This document shows positions 19,801 through 28,114 of a DNA stretch of 64,000 nucleotides, in pieces (within the stretch, counting starts at the first letter, position 1; each line of letters opens with the position of its first letter). The notes under the pieces were generated by a model. It did no database searches. It saw only the letters and a list, made by a program, of their open reading frames with translations, and was not told the DNA's origin. Source of the DNA: Candidatus Giovannonibacteria bacterium (lineage in GTDB: Bacteria; Patescibacteriota; Minisyncoccia; UBA11713; 2-01-FULL-45-33). The stretch is taken from the NCBI GenBank assembly GCA_016432405.1, contig CP066687.1, positions 411,040 through 475,039 of the forward strand, written 5' to 3'. The position numbers were made by a program, and so were the translations under genes.

Positions 19801-22800
19801 CTGAAAGACAGAGTGCCACTATGAGTTAGAGTGGCGCTGTAAGCAGATATTGTTTGGACTGTATCGGCAGATGCTCCAGCCAGTTCTAGTAATGAACTCG
19901 GGCTAGCGTCCCCGATGCCGATTCTGCCGTTTTGATTTACTCCGCCAACCACAAATGACGGCGTTGAACTTCCGGTATTTGATATCACGAACGAATTTGT
20001 CTCCGTTCCCTGTTCAACCGACAACAACCCCCACGGACTCGTCGTCCCGATGCCGACGTTGCCGCCTTCTGCAATAGACATCCTTATGGCACTTGAGCCG
20101 CCGCCTATTGGGTCTGTATAAAAGTTCAATACATTATTGGTCTCGTCCCACTGAATGTAGGCGCGGTCCACGCCATTTTCATTGAAGCGGATATTTGAAC
20201 TCCCCTCCGCACCATCTAAAATCAATTTATCGGTGTTGGCCGAATTAAAGATATGCAAGGCGTTAGCCGGACTCATCGTCCCGATGCCGACGTTGCCGTT
20301 TTCCGCCACATACAAGCTGTTGGCGGTTGCTCCGCGATTTACAACAAAAGCGGTGTTGTTGCCAACAGTAAGCCCTCCAGAAATAGTGGAAGTGGCGGTG
20401 GTGGAAGTCGCGTTGAAAATAGGGATATTGAGAGTCCCGTAGCTTGTGATGCTTGAATTAAACAATCCTCCGCCCGCCACCGAAAGCAAAGCCCCCGGAC
20501 TCGTCGTCCCGATGCCGACGTTGCCTCCGCTTAACAATGTCATCACAATAGCATCATTGATAGCAAATTGAATTGGGTAAGTGCCAGTTGATTGAAGCAC
20601 ACTTGCGTATGCAGATGCTCCTGTTAGTAATCCTCCAGTAGTGCTCCAATTTTTACCCAACTCAAATGTACCGCCAGTATTTATAATATCGATATATGCA
20701 TAGTTTGTGCCTGTAGTTGATGTGATTTTCATCCTTCCAGTTTCACTTTGAATATCAAGTGGCAGTGTTGGATTCGTCGTCCCGATGCCGACGTTACCGC
20801 CGGATGTAGCCAGATACGTTGAGCCGGTGGTGGTTAATTGCGTCCCCGAAGCATTTCCAAAAGTTAGAAGCCCAGTAACATTCAGCGTTGAAGTCGCCGT
20901 TATCGCCCCGCCGAAGAATCCCGTGCCGGAGAAGTATCCGCTTCCCTGCACCGAGAGCAATGCCCCCGGACTCGTCGTCCCGATGCCGACGTTGCCGGCA
21001 GCATTTATCGTTATAGCCGGTGTTGTAGCTAACGCTCCGAGAGGCGCGGTATAGAACTTCAAACCAGCATCGTTGTTTGTGGCACTTTGGATAAAACCGC
21101 TTATCCGACCCATTGGTAAGACATCACTCCGCTGTTTGAAGTCTATGCTTATCTCGTCATTTGCAAGCATCTGGAGGTCGGAATATGACATACTGAGCAA
21201 AGTAATTTGTGTTGCGGCTCTATTTCCCCCTACCACATCTAATTTATACAAAGGCCCCGTCGTCCCGATGCCGACGTTGCCGCCATTAGTAACTATGAAA
21301 TTCGTTGCCGTTGAAGAGCCAACCACGAATGAAGGGACACCCGCGCCAAGAGCGTTCGGATTTACCGAAAGAAGCCCCCACGGCGAAGTTGATGCGATGC
21401 CGACGTTGCCGGTGGAGGTGACATTAAAAAGCGAAGAGTCAGATGAAGAAAGGACGCGGAAAAGGTCGGCGGATTGGCTGGTAACTCCCTTGATTGTTAA
21501 AGGAATGGCGGTGGTGGAAGTAGCTCCGATTGTGAGCACGGAAAGTCCGGAGTGAGTAGTGGTGCCGAAAGCGGCCTGTCCCGCGGCCGAGAAGACAAAT
21601 CTGGTTGTGGGCTCGCTGGCGCCATCCTGAAGCCGCAAAAGGTCTCCCGAAACGGTGGAGTTCCACATTGTGTATGCGGCGCCGGTAGTGGTGGCCAAAT
21701 GAGTAATTCTTCCCTTAAAAATATGGCTGTCGGCGTTGGGGGCGTCTCCCATTGTAAATTGATTTTCAACAGTGAAGTTGGATGCGGTGGTGGAAGCCAA
21801 AGTTGTGCCGCCAACGGTGGTCAGTCCATTTGCAAAAACGTCCCCGTCAGCATCAACAAGGAAGCGAACCGCTCCGCCGACAGCTATGCCCAGAAGATTG
21901 GTATCCGCCGCCGCCGAAGCCGGATTGATGACCACAACCGAGTCCGTGACCGCGGAGTTGGCAACGCCAACAGCCCAGGTGCCGAAAGTGTGCGAAACCG
22001 TCGGGCTTTTTGTGACTAAAAGCTGTTCGGTGAGAGTCGTGGTGGAGTTTACATTCATTGAAGCGCCGGAGACGTTAAGCCCGCCGCTCGCAAGTATGTC
22101 TCCCGAAACCGAAAAAGTTGCGCTGGGAGTCGTGGTGCCTATGCCAATTCTGTAGTTTTTTGTGTCAAAAGTAAGAAAAGGAGTGACGGAAGTGGAAGTG
22201 GCGAAAGAGAAAGCGTTGATTAAGGAAGAGGCGATGGTGGTGGTGGCCTGGTTGAAGAAAGCGAGATTTCCGTAAAGAGTCATGTCCCCCGTAAGTTGGA
22301 GGGTGGAAGAAGCGTAAACGGCGCTGGCGAAGTCGGAGCGGCCGGAGACGGTAAGAGCGCCGATGGAAGCGGAAGTTGAGTTAAGCGAGGTTGAGGTCAG
22401 AGAAGCCAAGCCCGATACCGCTCCGGCTGAAGTTACGTTCCAGACGTTTGAGGTTATGGATACGTTTTTGCCTTCAGCCCCAAGAGTCACGTTTCCTGAA
22501 GCGTTTAAATTGCCGCCGGTGGAAATTCCGTTGGAGAAGTCCCCGAAAGAAGCCGAGACGCCGGAGCCGGTCTGGGGAGGAGACGAAGCGTAAGGGCCGG
22601 GGATTGAAGTCGTGAGAAAGACAACCGGATTTTGGACCTGGTTGGAAGGAAGCCGTTTTTCCAAAGCGGCAAGAGAAAGCTGGACCTGTGCCAAGACGGC
22701 TTGGTTGAGAGAAGAGAGGCGCTGGTCAAGCTCTGTTTGGGAGATGCCTGCCTTGCCGGCAGGCAGGCCGGAGACGACGCGTTCAACTACTCCGACGCTC

Positions 22801-23987
22801 GGCTTTGCCGAGGTCGGAGCCCCGACCAAAGCGTCGGGGCGGGATGGAGGTGTGGAAGTTGATTCTCCAAATGTGATAATTTTACTTCCATCTTGAGGTA
22901 AATTGGGAGCCGGAGGAGTTTCCGCGGCTTCAGGCGGTTTAACCGAGAAAAAATCCATTGCCACCAGCTTCAGGTCGCCCCCCAAAGACGCTATGTATCC
23001 CCGCCAGCCGAGGACATTGTTTATAAATCTGTCTTTAATATCCGAGAGAGAGAGTTTGGCGTCTTTAAAAGTAAAGGGCAAAGAAAAGGTAGCTCCGACG
23101 TCAGGAAGTCGGAGTCCCGACCAAAGCGTCGGGGGAAGCGAGAATTCGGGCAAAGCAAGAGCCAGCGAGGGGAGTTTGATTTCCGGCCAAGCGAAAAGTT
23201 CTGTGAGAGGTTGGAAATTTGGAAGTTGAAAAGTCGGAAGTTTGAAAGTAAGTTGAGGCAGTTTTGGTTTTGGTAAAGTTAATTTTGGAAGTTTGATTTC
23301 GGGCAGGGAGAGGGCTAGAGAGGCTCGGTCTTTGATGCTTTGAAAAACGTTTCCGAGCACTGCTTTAATGTTAACCTCACCTCCCAACCCCCTCTCCTTA
23401 CGAAGGAGAGGGGGCGGAGGGGGTGAGGTAAGGGTCTCAAAAAATCCGGCTGCAAATTTTTTCGCAGAGACAATAGAATTCCCAATTTCATCCGCGACGA
23501 CGAAAATCTCACCTGCCAACTCTTTCACGGAGACATTAATATTTTCGGTTGCATCCGCAATAGAATTTTTGATTGCGCCCGCGTTATAAAAAATCAGCAC
23601 GGCAATCAGTACTGACGAGAGAGAAGCCGCTCCCAGCGACCATTGCTTCAGAGAAAATTTCGGAAACCGAATTTTTGGAAATTGAAAGTATTCTTTCTCT
23701 TTCTCCCCCAAAATCGCCTTGTCCCACTCATCTGTTGTATGAAAGATTTCCGGCTTTGTAAGGATAACTTGCGGCTCTGTTTTCTCTTGCGTCCGCAAGA
23801 TGGATTTTTTGTAATCCAAAATAGATTTTTCGGAAACCATCCAATCGGTGCCGAATTTTTTTCCTTTTACTTTTTCCTCGCGGCAAAGCTGTCCGACATA
23901 GATGCGTGTATAGCCGCAAAGAGCCGCGGCCTCGGAAGCCGTGATATATTTTTCCCCTTCTAAGATAATTTCACGAGAATCTTTCAT
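16842..23987 (-). CDS. Giant 2381-aa surface protein: N-terminal HTH, TM, GNVGIGTTxP repeat modules, S74-type chaperone domain, C-terminal Ig-like (DUF5011-type) domain
   Basis: YITASEAAALCGYTRIYVGQLCR; ~15 GNVGIGT repeats; SSQRFKHDI..LRPVSF..GLIAEEV..KAIQEL; PPVITILGNNP. Confidence 0.88.
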   Translation of the reverse strand: MKDSREIILEGEKYITASEAAALCGYTRIYVGQLCREEKVKGKKFGTDWMVSEKSILDYKKSILRTQEKTEPQVILTKPEIFHTTDEWDKAILGEKEKEYFQFPKIRFPKFSLKQWSLGAASLSSVLIAVLIFYNAGAIKNSIADATENINVSVKELAGEIFVVADEIGNSIVSAKKFAAGFFETLTSPPPPPLLRKERGLGGEVNIKAVLGNVFQSIKDRASLALSLPEIKLPKLTLPKPKLPQLTFKLPTFQLPNFQPLTELFAWPEIKLPSLALALPEFSLPPTLWSGLRLPDVGATFSLPFTFKDAKLSLSDIKDRFINNVLGWRGYIASLGGDLKLVAMDFFSVKPPEAAETPPAPNLPQDGSKIITFGESTSTPPSRPDALVGAPTSAKPSVGVVERVVSGLPAGKAGISQTELDQRLSSLNQAVLAQVQLSLAALEKRLPSNQVQNPVVFLTTSIPGPYASSPPQTGSGVSASFGDFSNGISTGGNLNASGNVTLGAEGKNVSITSNVWNVTSAGAVSGLASLTSTSLNSTSASIGALTVSGRSDFASAVYASSTLQLTGDMTLYGNLAFFNQATTTIASSLINAFSFATSTSVTPFLTFDTKNYRIGIGTTTPSATFSVSGDILASGGLNVSGASMNVNSTTTLTEQLLVTKSPTVSHTFGTWAVGVANSAVTDSVVVINPASAAADTNLLGIAVGGAVRFLVDADGDVFANGLTTVGGTTLASTTASNFTVENQFTMGDAPNADSHIFKGRITHLATTTGAAYTMWNSTVSGDLLRLQDGASEPTTRFVFSAAGQAAFGTTTHSGLSVLTIGATSTTAIPLTIKGVTSQSADLFRVLSSSDSSLFNVTSTGNVGIASTSPWGLLSVNPNALGAGVPSFVVGSSTATNFIVTNGGNVGIGTTGPLYKLDVVGGNRAATQITLLSMSYSDLQMLANDEISIDFKQRSDVLPMGRISGFIQSATNNDAGLKFYTAPLGALATTPAITINAAGNVGIGTTSPGALLSVQGSGYFSGTGFFGGAITATSTLNVTGLLTFGNASGTQLTTTGSTYLATSGGNVGIGTTNPTLPLDIQSETGRMKITSTTGTNYAYIDIINTGGTFELGKNWSTTGGLLTGASAYASVLQSTGTYPIQFAINDAIVMTLLSGGNVGIGTTSPGALLSVAGGGLFNSSITSYGTLNIPIFNATSTTATSTISGGLTVGNNTAFVVNRGATANSLYVAENGNVGIGTMSPANALHIFNSANTDKLILDGAEGSSNIRFNENGVDRAYIQWDETNNVLNFYTDPIGGGSSAIRMSIAEGGNVGIGTTSPWGLLSVEQGTETNSFVISNTGSSTPSFVVGGVNQNGRIGIGDASPSSLLELAGASADTVQTISAYSATLTHSGTLSFRKSVGTSVDTLSQTASGDELGVIRALGVNANNLFFSEGDGYAQIRFVQSGASASDSGPVRIDLKGTGSNGVTAPSLSVGYQGIAVGTYADGGATPPTNGAIISGNVGIGTTTPNWLLQAAGTRPSFALSDTSAGANLKHWLLSSMGGNLYVGTSTDAYATSTPPVLTLLNGGNVGIGLANPTTKVEIGGAASKIYFSNGAAGNGIAMNAGGSTRVGIENFSTGSNSRISLGYASTALVNITEVLSVIDNGNVGIGTTSPGSLLSVHGAGLFSSNLSVAGLTATGTLAVSGTATSTFGTGGFTIGTSQFVVQQTSGNVGIGTTSPDQSLVVRNNDALTGSAGIKIQQAGTGDATLRWQLPDVISWYAGIDNSDSDSFKISEDADFTGNEFVITTGGNVGIGTTSPASLFSVAGNGYFTGNVGIGVANPGTYSLNIDAGTTDPAQIRLSNTVTGAGASVSLYFDTGDGPDWFIGRNVSNSSSDTNFGIREGGVADHLVVAATTGNVGIGTTSPASLLSVQGNAYLDSNLITYSSSTAAALTFSYQKSATSTIPQVINAWSIATSSTVGPPIISVDGVTKRVGIGRVPTSESALEIQLGLGTSPRPLGVNIVRPSGSVSHQLGMDSNQQASFSMTNEAGDTVIKIVSDPVLSTDKSYINNGGDFGIASTTPWRTLSVAGTAAFSGLTAGAGAGALCLSANKEVTYSDGAACTGSSQRFKHDINSLGAGALETVLNLRPVSFLYNDDIGVKGEQVGLIAEEVFGIDPRLVTLDASSTPVNVKYANLTAVLAKAIQELNAKISGLALGTTGLLDLQNNDIINVRKILSASGLWSIDENGKLIVQEIETQKLTVTGPQGFTIYDRATGGPVCVFSENGVLKSEAGACGAAGSSTSGVSSSTPDVIPPVITILGNNPATINVGASYADMGVTVTDNVDSNLGYTASLNGGPALSQGDGLSLDTSTTTTHTILYSATDSAGNSATAVRTVEVVQ
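18271..21411 (-). repeat. Dispersed ~30-nt codon-conserved repeat (GNVGIGTTSP), ~14 copies
   Basis: Plus-strand core GTCGTCCCGATGCCGACGTTGCC exact in units starting 18271, 18592, 19027, 19465, 20035, 20497, 20968, 21253; one mismatch at 18832, 20269, 20770; degenerate at 19261, 19900, 21382. Confidence 0.9.
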
Positions 23988-24165
23988 AGAAAGCTTTCAT
24001 AAGAAATATTCTTTTTAGAACATTCTATATCTTTCAGTATAAGTCCGCGGATTTTTTATTTAAACAAAAAATCCGCAATTTTCTGTGGATAAGTATTAAA
24101 AAAATTTTAAATTTAAAATTTTAAATTTAAAATTAAGTTTTAATAAACGTTATTAAACCTTGATA

Positions 24166-24894
24166 CTAACTAGCTTTATTTGCCTGTCGCCAGGCGGCTA
24201 TTTTTTTATGATTCCCGGAAAGAAGGATTTTGGGGACTTTATATGTTTTCCCCTTCCATTTGAATATTTCCGGCCTTGTGTAGGCCGGCACGCCGATGCC
24301 GTGCCTTTTTTCTTCAAGCGATTCGGACTTGCCCAAAACCCCGGGAATTTTTCTTAAAACTGCGTCAACAATAACCATCGCGGGGAGTTCCCCGCCGGTG
24401 AGGACATAGGGACCTATGCTCAAATTTTCAATTTTTAACCCGCCTGCCGGACGGGCAGGTTTCCAATTTTCAATTATTGATTTAACGCGCTCGTCAATGC
24501 CTTCATAGCGGCCGCAGATAAAAATAATCCGTTTATATTTCTTGGCGAAATCTCCGGCCATTTTAGAATTAAATTGTTTTCCGGAAGCGGAGAGTAAAAT
24601 TATCAAGACGTCCGACGTCTTCTCTGACTTAGACGTCGGACGTCTAAGTTGAAGAATTGAATCAAGAGCTTTGGCAAGCGGCTCAATTTTCAATACCATC
24701 CCCGGGCCGCCGCCGTAGGGCCGGTCGTCAACCCGCCCAAAGCTACGCATTGAGGCGGGCAAGAAATTTCTTAAATCCCAGATTTTTATTTTTGCCAATT
24801 TCTTTTTTTGGGCGCGCGAAATTATGGACTCGTTAAAATAATCCCTAAAAACTTTCGGAAAAATTGTGATGATATCGAAACGCAAGTTTGACAT
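24166..24894 (-). CDS. trmD: tRNA (guanine-N1)-methyltransferase TrmD
   Basis: FDIITIFP, VDDRPYGGGPGMVL, ICGRYEGIDERV, YVLTGGELPAM, YTRPE; three in-frame repeat inserts. Confidence 0.96.
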   Translation of the reverse strand: MSNLRFDIITIFPKVFRDYFNESIISRAQKKKLAKIKIWDLRNFLPASMRSFGRVDDRPYGGGPGMVLKIEPLAKALDSILQLRRPTSKSEKTSDVLIILLSASGKQFNSKMAGDFAKKYKRIIFICGRYEGIDERVKSIIENWKPARPAGGLKIENLSIGPYVLTGGELPAMVIVDAVLRKIPGVLGKSESLEEKRHGIGVPAYTRPEIFKWKGKTYKVPKILLSGNHKKIAAWRQANKAS

Positions 24895-24912
24895 TTTTTT
24901 ATTTTTGCCCCG

Positions 24913-25626
24913 CTTAGCAATCCGATTGCTAAGTAAATCTCTATTCACATAACAAATCCTCCATTTCTTTAAATAGCCGCTTTCGCTCCAAAATATCGTT
25001 GAGGGAGCTTTCCGCAAACTTCCTATATTCATCGGCGCTATCAAACTGTTCAAGAATAATAGCCGATCTGCAAAGGGAAGATTTAGATTTTTGCTTAGAA
25101 AAATATTCTTCCCAACTTGATCTAAACTTTTTGTTGCCTTTAATTCTGTGCGCTTTATTGTTTAGGTTTACGTATGCGCTCAAATGCAATAAATACTCGT
25201 TTGAATTGATATGTTTAGCTTTGAATTTTCCTTGGAGAAGAACGCCTGTTCTGTGATATTTAAAATTGAAATGTTGAGTAAACCCGGTCCCTATTCTTCG
25301 CATATATTCACTGATCCCATTGTCTACCCTTTGGCGCAAAATCATATGATAATGATTGGGGTTAAGACAAAAACACACGACGTCCACCAACTTAGCAATC
25401 CGATTGCTAAGTAGAAGTTTTCTAAAAGAATGTTCAAAAATACTGCCAATTGGTTTTACGGAATTAAAATCTTCCATGCCTTGAAGAAATCTTTCGAAAT
25501 CATAACCGTCCAAAAATATATCCCGTTTATCTACACCGCGATTATAAACGTGATAAAACTCTCCGTTTGTAAATCTAAATTTACGCATAATTAAAACAAT
25601 AGCACTAAGCAATCGGATTGCCAAGT
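24913..25626 (-). mobile_element. RAYT-like cassette 2 bounded by CTTAGCAATC-N-GATTGCTAAG palindromes
   Basis: Copies at 24913-24933, 25390-25412 (internal, in frame) and 25604-25626 (inverted, degenerate). Confidence 0.85.
24941..25588 (-). CDS. RAYT/Y1 HUH transposase 2
   Basis: YHVYNRGVDKR, CLNPNHYHM, HLSAYVNLN, RSSW. Confidence 0.9.
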   Translation of the reverse strand: MRKFRFTNGEFYHVYNRGVDKRDIFLDGYDFERFLQGMEDFNSVKPIGSIFEHSFRKLLLSNRIAKLVDVVCFCLNPNHYHMILRQRVDNGISEYMRRIGTGFTQHFNFKYHRTGVLLQGKFKAKHINSNEYLLHLSAYVNLNNKAHRIKGNKKFRSSWEEYFSKQKSKSSLCRSAIILEQFDSADEYRKFAESSLNDILERKRLFKEMEDLLCE

Positions 25627-25627
25627 A

Positions 25628-25666
25628 AACCAACGGCTCGCATCCAAAAAATGCGAGCCGTTGGTT
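25628..25666. terminator. 16-bp-stem hairpin between khpA and RAYT2
   Basis: aaccaacggctcgcat-ccaaaaa-atgcgagccgttggtt. Confidence 0.6.
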
Positions 25667-25690
25667 ATTATTTCGCTTTTTCGGCGAAAT

Positions 25691-26017
25691 TTAAAGTTTA
25701 AGGTCGTCAACCATGTCGTCCACGCCCCGGCTTCTTGGAACATGAGTCCCTCCTTCCGGTTCCTCAATCTTGAGGTTCACCCGCGCGTGGTTTTTTATTC
25801 CGACCACGCGCAGAAGCGTGCGGAGCGCCTTGGCGGTGTTGCCTTGGCGGCCGATGAGCTTGCCGACGTCTTCTTTGCCCACTTTCACGGACAAAAGGAC
25901 GCCCATCTCATCAACCTTCCTCGCAACCTTGACAGCGCTGGGATTATCAACGAGCGCTTTGACCACATACTCCAAAAATTCCTCGTCAGAATACGTGCTA
26001 GATGCTTTTGCAGCCAT
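25691..26017 (-). CDS. khpA: KH-domain RNA-binding protein KhpA
   Basis: LVDNP, DVGKLIGRQGNTAKALRTLL; follows rpsP. Confidence 0.9.
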   Translation of the reverse strand: MAAKASSTYSDEEFLEYVVKALVDNPSAVKVARKVDEMGVLLSVKVGKEDVGKLIGRQGNTAKALRTLLRVVGIKNHARVNLKIEEPEGGTHVPRSRGVDDMVDDLKL

Positions 26018-26074
26018 TGTAGCAAAGTCCGTTCTTTAGCCCTGTAATATCCGAATTTTCGACCATTTTCGGCG

Positions 26075-26317
26075 TTATTTGGTAATTATACCACCTTTAA
26101 TCAGTAAACTGCGCGCCGTAGCAGAAAGCTGGGCGCCGTTTATTATCCAGCGCTTAATGCGTTCGCTTTTAAAAAGTGCTTTCTTCGTTTTCGGGCTGTA
26201 AGAGCCGAGCGTCTCCAAATAGCCGCCGCTTTTGGGGCCCCTTTTGGAATCCGTAACCACCAGCCGGAAATTCGGGTCGTTTTTCCTCCCGACGCGCTGT
26301 AAGCGGATAATTAACAT
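26075..26317 (-). CDS. rpsP: 30S ribosomal protein S16
   Basis: IRLQRVGRKNDPNFRLVVTDS..ETLGSYSP..GAQLS. Confidence 0.96.
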   Translation of the reverse strand: MLIIRLQRVGRKNDPNFRLVVTDSKRGPKSGGYLETLGSYSPKTKKALFKSERIKRWIINGAQLSATARSLLIKGGIITK

Positions 26318-26398
26318 ATAAAAAGAATCCTACACCAAAATAAAAAATCCCGCAAGGGCTTTTATATGTCAATGTGTATTAAAAAAAGCCCGGGAATA

Positions 26399-27277
26399 TC
26401 ATCTCCGGGGCTTAAGAACTTTTTGGCTTTCCTGAACAGCGTCCACGTCGGCTTTGTGGCCGGAGTAGAATGAAATAACCCGCGCCGCGAGGAGCCCAAT
26501 AGGATTAACCACGCTAAGCGCCCCCAAAAGATCTCCTAAACGGTGCAATACCGTGGCGCGCAAGGTTTCGTCAGCCCCGAGTTCCCGCAGCCAAGTTATA
26601 TTTTGGTGATGCGGCCACCAAATCTTAGACGCCAGACGGGAAAGATGATAAGTCCAGTTCGGCCAGCCCAGAGCGCAGGCTTCCAACGCGATTTCCAACA
26701 TCCTTGCGTCAGCGGGAAGATTTAATTCCAACAATTCCGTGCCGATGCCGTGGTAGTGGCAAGTTATGGATATGTCCAGCTCTGGGGATTCCTTGGGCTG
26801 AATTTCGGTGTAGCCAATTTTGGTCTCGCGTTTTATCGGCCGCCCGACGGTAATCCATTCCATCTCGCTTCCCAAATCGGAATGGCAGGCAATTTTTATG
26901 TGCCGCCAGAGTTCGTATGGCCGGCCATAATATGGAGGCCAGGCAGTGGACTGGATTATTATCCGTTCCAGACCCAGCCAGCGCAGAACCCCGATATGCT
27001 CAAAAACTTCCAGCTTAGCCCCGTGATATTCAAGCCGGGTACGCCTGAACTTATGATGAAGCAAATCCGCAGTAATCCTAACAGGCTCCATCCTTGGATC
27101 ATAAAGCCAAAACCAGCCCTTTTTGTCGGTCGGCAAAAACTTAATCCAGGCATCTCTTCCCCAATAATCTTTGCCCCAGACAACAATTTCCCGGCCAAGC
27201 CGGATAGGGTGCAGTTTTCTTTCTTCTATCTCCTCTATCTGCTCAATAATCCAACTTTCTCGCTCTCCGTAAGCCAT
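26399..27277 (-). CDS. Divergent LpxC-like Zn-dependent deacetylase
   Basis: EVFEHI (cf. TVEHL), HRLGDLLGAL (cf. HKxLDxxGDL), FYSGHK (cf. YKSGHA) in LpxC order and spacing; own promoter, SD and terminator. Confidence 0.65.
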   Translation of the reverse strand: MAYGERESWIIEQIEEIEERKLHPIRLGREIVVWGKDYWGRDAWIKFLPTDKKGWFWLYDPRMEPVRITADLLHHKFRRTRLEYHGAKLEVFEHIGVLRWLGLERIIIQSTAWPPYYGRPYELWRHIKIACHSDLGSEMEWITVGRPIKRETKIGYTEIQPKESPELDISITCHYHGIGTELLELNLPADARMLEIALEACALGWPNWTYHLSRLASKIWWPHHQNITWLRELGADETLRATVLHRLGDLLGALSVVNPIGLLAARVISFYSGHKADVDAVQESQKVLKPRR

Positions 27278-27346
27278 AAATCTCCCTCCTTTTTGCCAAA
27301 GTAAACTATCAAAAACATATCATTGGAAAAATATTATGTCAAGTAA

Positions 27347-28114
27347 CTATTTTAGATATTTATATTTATTAAGCGCGTGCTCTTCCAATGTCTTGGCGTA
27401 ATGCGTTTTGCCGCCTTTATCCGTAAGGTAATAAAAATATTCGGAGCCAGTCGGACGCAAAGCCGCCAAAATCGCGTCCATCCCGGGGTTGGAAATCGGC
27501 CCGGGCGGCAAACCGCGATAACGGTAGGTATTGTAGGAAGAATCGTATTTTAAGTCCGCCTCCGTCAGCTCGCCGCTCGGTTTGCCCAAAACGTAAGTAA
27601 GCGCGGCGTCAACATTAAGCCCCATGCCAAGCCGAAGCCGCTTCCACAAAATCCCCGCTACTATTTTCCTGTCCGCGGTGCTTTTAACTTCTTCTTCCAA
27701 AAGCGAGGCCATTATTATAATCTGCTCCAAGGTCTTGCCGGAGCTCTTTGCCTCCGCCAAAATCTCGGGGGTTATCTTCTTATTGAAATTATCCCTCATT
27801 TTGGCTATCACCTGCTCCGGCTTCGCGGTTTTGTAAAATCTATAAGTGTCCGGGAACAAATATCCTTCGTGCTTTTGGGCCTCCAAAACAAATTCGTCTT
27901 TTGAAAAAAGCCCCGCTTTCTCAAGCGCTTCCCCTATCTGGCGGACGCTGTATCCTTCCGGAATGGTCACGGCCGCCTCATTGGAAACCATTCTTTCTTT
28001 TTCTTTGTATTTTATGTAAGCCGGAAATTTTCCCAAAAAGAAAATACCCGAAAGGAGAAGGAAGAGCGCGAGGGCCGCGGTTAAAAGTTTTTTAATGTCA
28101 CCGTTTTGAATCAT
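27347..28114 (-). CDS. mltG: Endolytic transglycosylase MltG
   Basis: VTIPEG, EGYLFPDTY, MASLLEEE, YNTY..GLPPGPISNPG. Confidence 0.93.
   Translation of the reverse strand: MIQNGDIKKLLTAALALFLLLSGIFFLGKFPAYIKYKEKERMVSNEAAVTIPEGYSVRQIGEALEKAGLFSKDEFVLEAQKHEGYLFPDTYRFYKTAKPEQVIAKMRDNFNKKITPEILAEAKSSGKTLEQIIIMASLLEEEVKSTADRKIVAGILWKRLRLGMGLNVDAALTYVLGKPSGELTEADLKYDSSYNTYRYRGLPPGPISNPGMDAILAALRPTGSEYFYYLTDKGGKTHYAKTLEEHALNKYKYLK

Noticed and set aside
18271-21411. CRISPR array interpretation of the regular 30-nt repeats
   Set aside because: Spacers are 100-400 nt and variable, the region is one open reading frame, and there are no cas genes.
24895-25053. Long trmD N-terminal extension in the ORF track
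   Set aside because: It overlaps RAYT2; TrmD homology begins at 24894. The track extensions of SOD, tsf, rpsB, rpmE and the toxin were trimmed for similar reasons.
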